Shown here piece after piece: positions 35,838 through 39,410 of a stretch of 39,410 nucleotides of DNA. This stretch comes from Terriglobales bacterium (lineage in GTDB: Bacteria > Acidobacteriota > Terriglobia > Terriglobales > Acidobacteriaceae), in contig DATGGJ010000099.1 of NCBI GenBank assembly GCA_035308585.1, positions 1-39,410 of the forward strand, in the 5' to 3' direction. Each line of letters opens with the position of its first letter. Position 1 is the first letter of the stretch. Below the pieces are notes generated by a model. That model saw nothing but the letters and a program-made list of their open reading frames with translations. It was not told the DNA's origin and ran no database searches. A program made the translations under genes and the position numbers.

Positions 35838-36287
35838 ATGTCGTCGCCCTGGGTGGCATACGTGGACGGTGGTTCGCGGGGAAGCCGCGGCCCGGCAGGC
35901 ATCGGAGTGGTGATCGAGCATCCCGGCGGCCGCCGGGTGGAAATCAGCGAAACCATCGAGGCCGGGGACAATAACTACGCTGAATATTCCGCGCTGCTGG
36001 CGGCGCTGGAATATGCCGCCGAGAACCAGTGCTCCCGGCTGTGCGTGTTCAGCGATTCCGAGGTGGTGGTCAAGCAGATCACCGGGCACTACACCTGCCA
36101 GAGCGCGGGCTTGCGCGAAATTCACGAAATGTGCAAGGAACTGATCCAGTCATTGCAGGAGTTCACCATCCTGCACATCCGCCGGCAAGCCAACAGTGAA
36201 GCCGACCGGCTAGCCAACGCGGCCATGGACCGGGCGCGCAAGCTGAAAACGCGGGTCGGCGCGGCCATGGTGCCGGAGCCGGCATAG
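35838..36287 (+). CDS. RNase H (type 1, archaeal-like RNase HI family) protein
   Basis: The start is ATG 35838 (MSSPWVAYVDGGSRGSRGPAGIGVV...). The DEDD-type residues are YVDGG, NNYAEYSAL, FSDSEVVVKQI and NSEADRLAN. Confidence 0.85.
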   Translation: MSSPWVAYVDGGSRGSRGPAGIGVVIEHPGGRRVEISETIEAGDNNYAEYSALLAALEYAAENQCSRLCVFSDSEVVVKQITGHYTCQSAGLREIHEMCKELIQSLQEFTILHIRRQANSEADRLANAAMDRARKLKTRVGAAMVPEPA

Positions 36288-36355
36288 AGGCAGTGGTCAG
36301 TTGCCAGTGGCCACTAAGAGCTGCCCTTAAAACATCCCCTGCGGCCGTCCCCCCA

Positions 36356-36941
36356 TCATCTTCCTTTGCGCAATTCCTCCAGCTCAGCCTTAAAGAACTT
36401 CTCATAGCATTCGGGGCAGATGCCGTGGGTAAAGGTGGCCTGGGAGTGCTCACTCATGTAGGTTTCCACCTGTTGCCAGTAGTCATGATCATCGCGGATG
36501 CGCTTGCAGTAGGAGCAGATGGGCAGCAAACCCTGCAGCTGCGTGACCCGGGACAGGGCATCCTGAAGCTGGGCCACGCGGCTGGCGAGGGCGGCCTGCA
36601 GTTCGATGACGCGACGGCCCACACGCAAGCGGGCGCGCAGTTCCTGGGCATGAAAGGGCTTGGTGATGTAATCGTTGGCGCCGGCCTGGAAGCCGGCCAG
36701 CACATCGTCCAGGCTCTGGCGAACGGTGGCCACGACCAGGTAGAAGCCGTCCATGGCGGGATGGGCGCGTACCTTGCGGCAGACTTCCAGGCCATCCAAG
36801 CCGGGCATTTGCCAATCCAGCAGGGCGAGGCGGGGAGCCCCGTCCGCCTGCAGTATTTCCCAGGCGCGGTTGCCATCGGCCGCGATGACGACTTCATACT
36901 CCTCGCGAAGCACGCTTTCCAGAATGCGGCAGTAAAAGCCG

Positions 36942-36967
<26 letters not shown>
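36356..36967 (-). CDS. Response regulator: REC domain + coiled-coil + Cys-rich C-terminal module (CxxC...HGICPxC)
   Basis: The start is ATG 36967 (MKVLVAEDD), with GAGGTG upstream inside the kinase gene. [11 protein letters not shown] and DYITKPF are REC motifs. The tail is [46 protein letters not shown]. Confidence 0.85.

Positions 36968-39410
<2,443 letters not shown>

Noticed and set aside
33750-36300. Prophage, integrative element or known defence system (retron, TA, CBASS-like) in the XRE / RNase H region
   Set aside because: No integrase, recombinase, reverse transcriptase, transposase, flanking direct repeats or tRNA attachment site is visible. Only the weaker observations listed under findings are kept.
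36288-36355. Palindrome AGTGGCCACT and CAGTGG direct repeat between the convergent RNase H and response-regulator genes, as a bidirectional terminator
   Set aside because: The palindrome has no loop, so it cannot form a stable hairpin on its own. There are no flanking U/A tracts, so it is too weak to call.

Overview
This is a high-GC, gene-dense chromosomal segment. By inference it comes from an Acidobacteriota-like bacterium: it carries a TonB-dependent receptor with an N-terminal carboxypeptidase-regulatory-like domain, DUF481/DUF4386/DUF4440 proteins, and several families of short GC-rich intergenic repeats. I found no rRNA, tRNA, CRISPR array, integrase or transposase.

Housekeeping genes are pyrG-kdsA, metK-ahcY, an AmiC-like amidase, an M28 peptidase, an MscS-type channel, PhoU and a DksA/TraR protein. 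Metabolic modules are a split transketolase-like TPP enzyme plus a crotonase, and a CoxS-CoxL-CoxM-type molybdenum hydroxylase (form-II AYRGAGR motif) next to a benzoate-CoA-ligase-family gene. Signalling genes are a STAS protein, a tandem-PilZ protein, a GAF-GGDEF cyclase, and a hybrid histidine kinase with its response regulator.

Observations most worth follow-up:
1. A MerB-like (alkylmercury lyase family) gene is interrupted by a single in-frame TGA. The TGA sits where the second catalytic cysteine is expected and is followed by a GGUC-looped hairpin at SECIS-like spacing, so this is a candidate selenoprotein. The alternative is a very recent pseudogene.
2. The response regulator's only output is an uncharacterised CxxC...HGICPxC module. 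It is translationally overlapped with a HisKA-HATPase-REC-REC-HPt kinase.
3. A lower-GC islet (about 33.75-36.3 kb) holds two XRE-type regulators, a PF04008 'adenosine-specific kinase'-like gene, an RNase H-like gene, and an unusually long (about 530 nt) structured non-coding gap.

Long antisense ORFs in the track are treated as high-GC artefacts. All family assignments come from motif recognition by eye; no database search was run.
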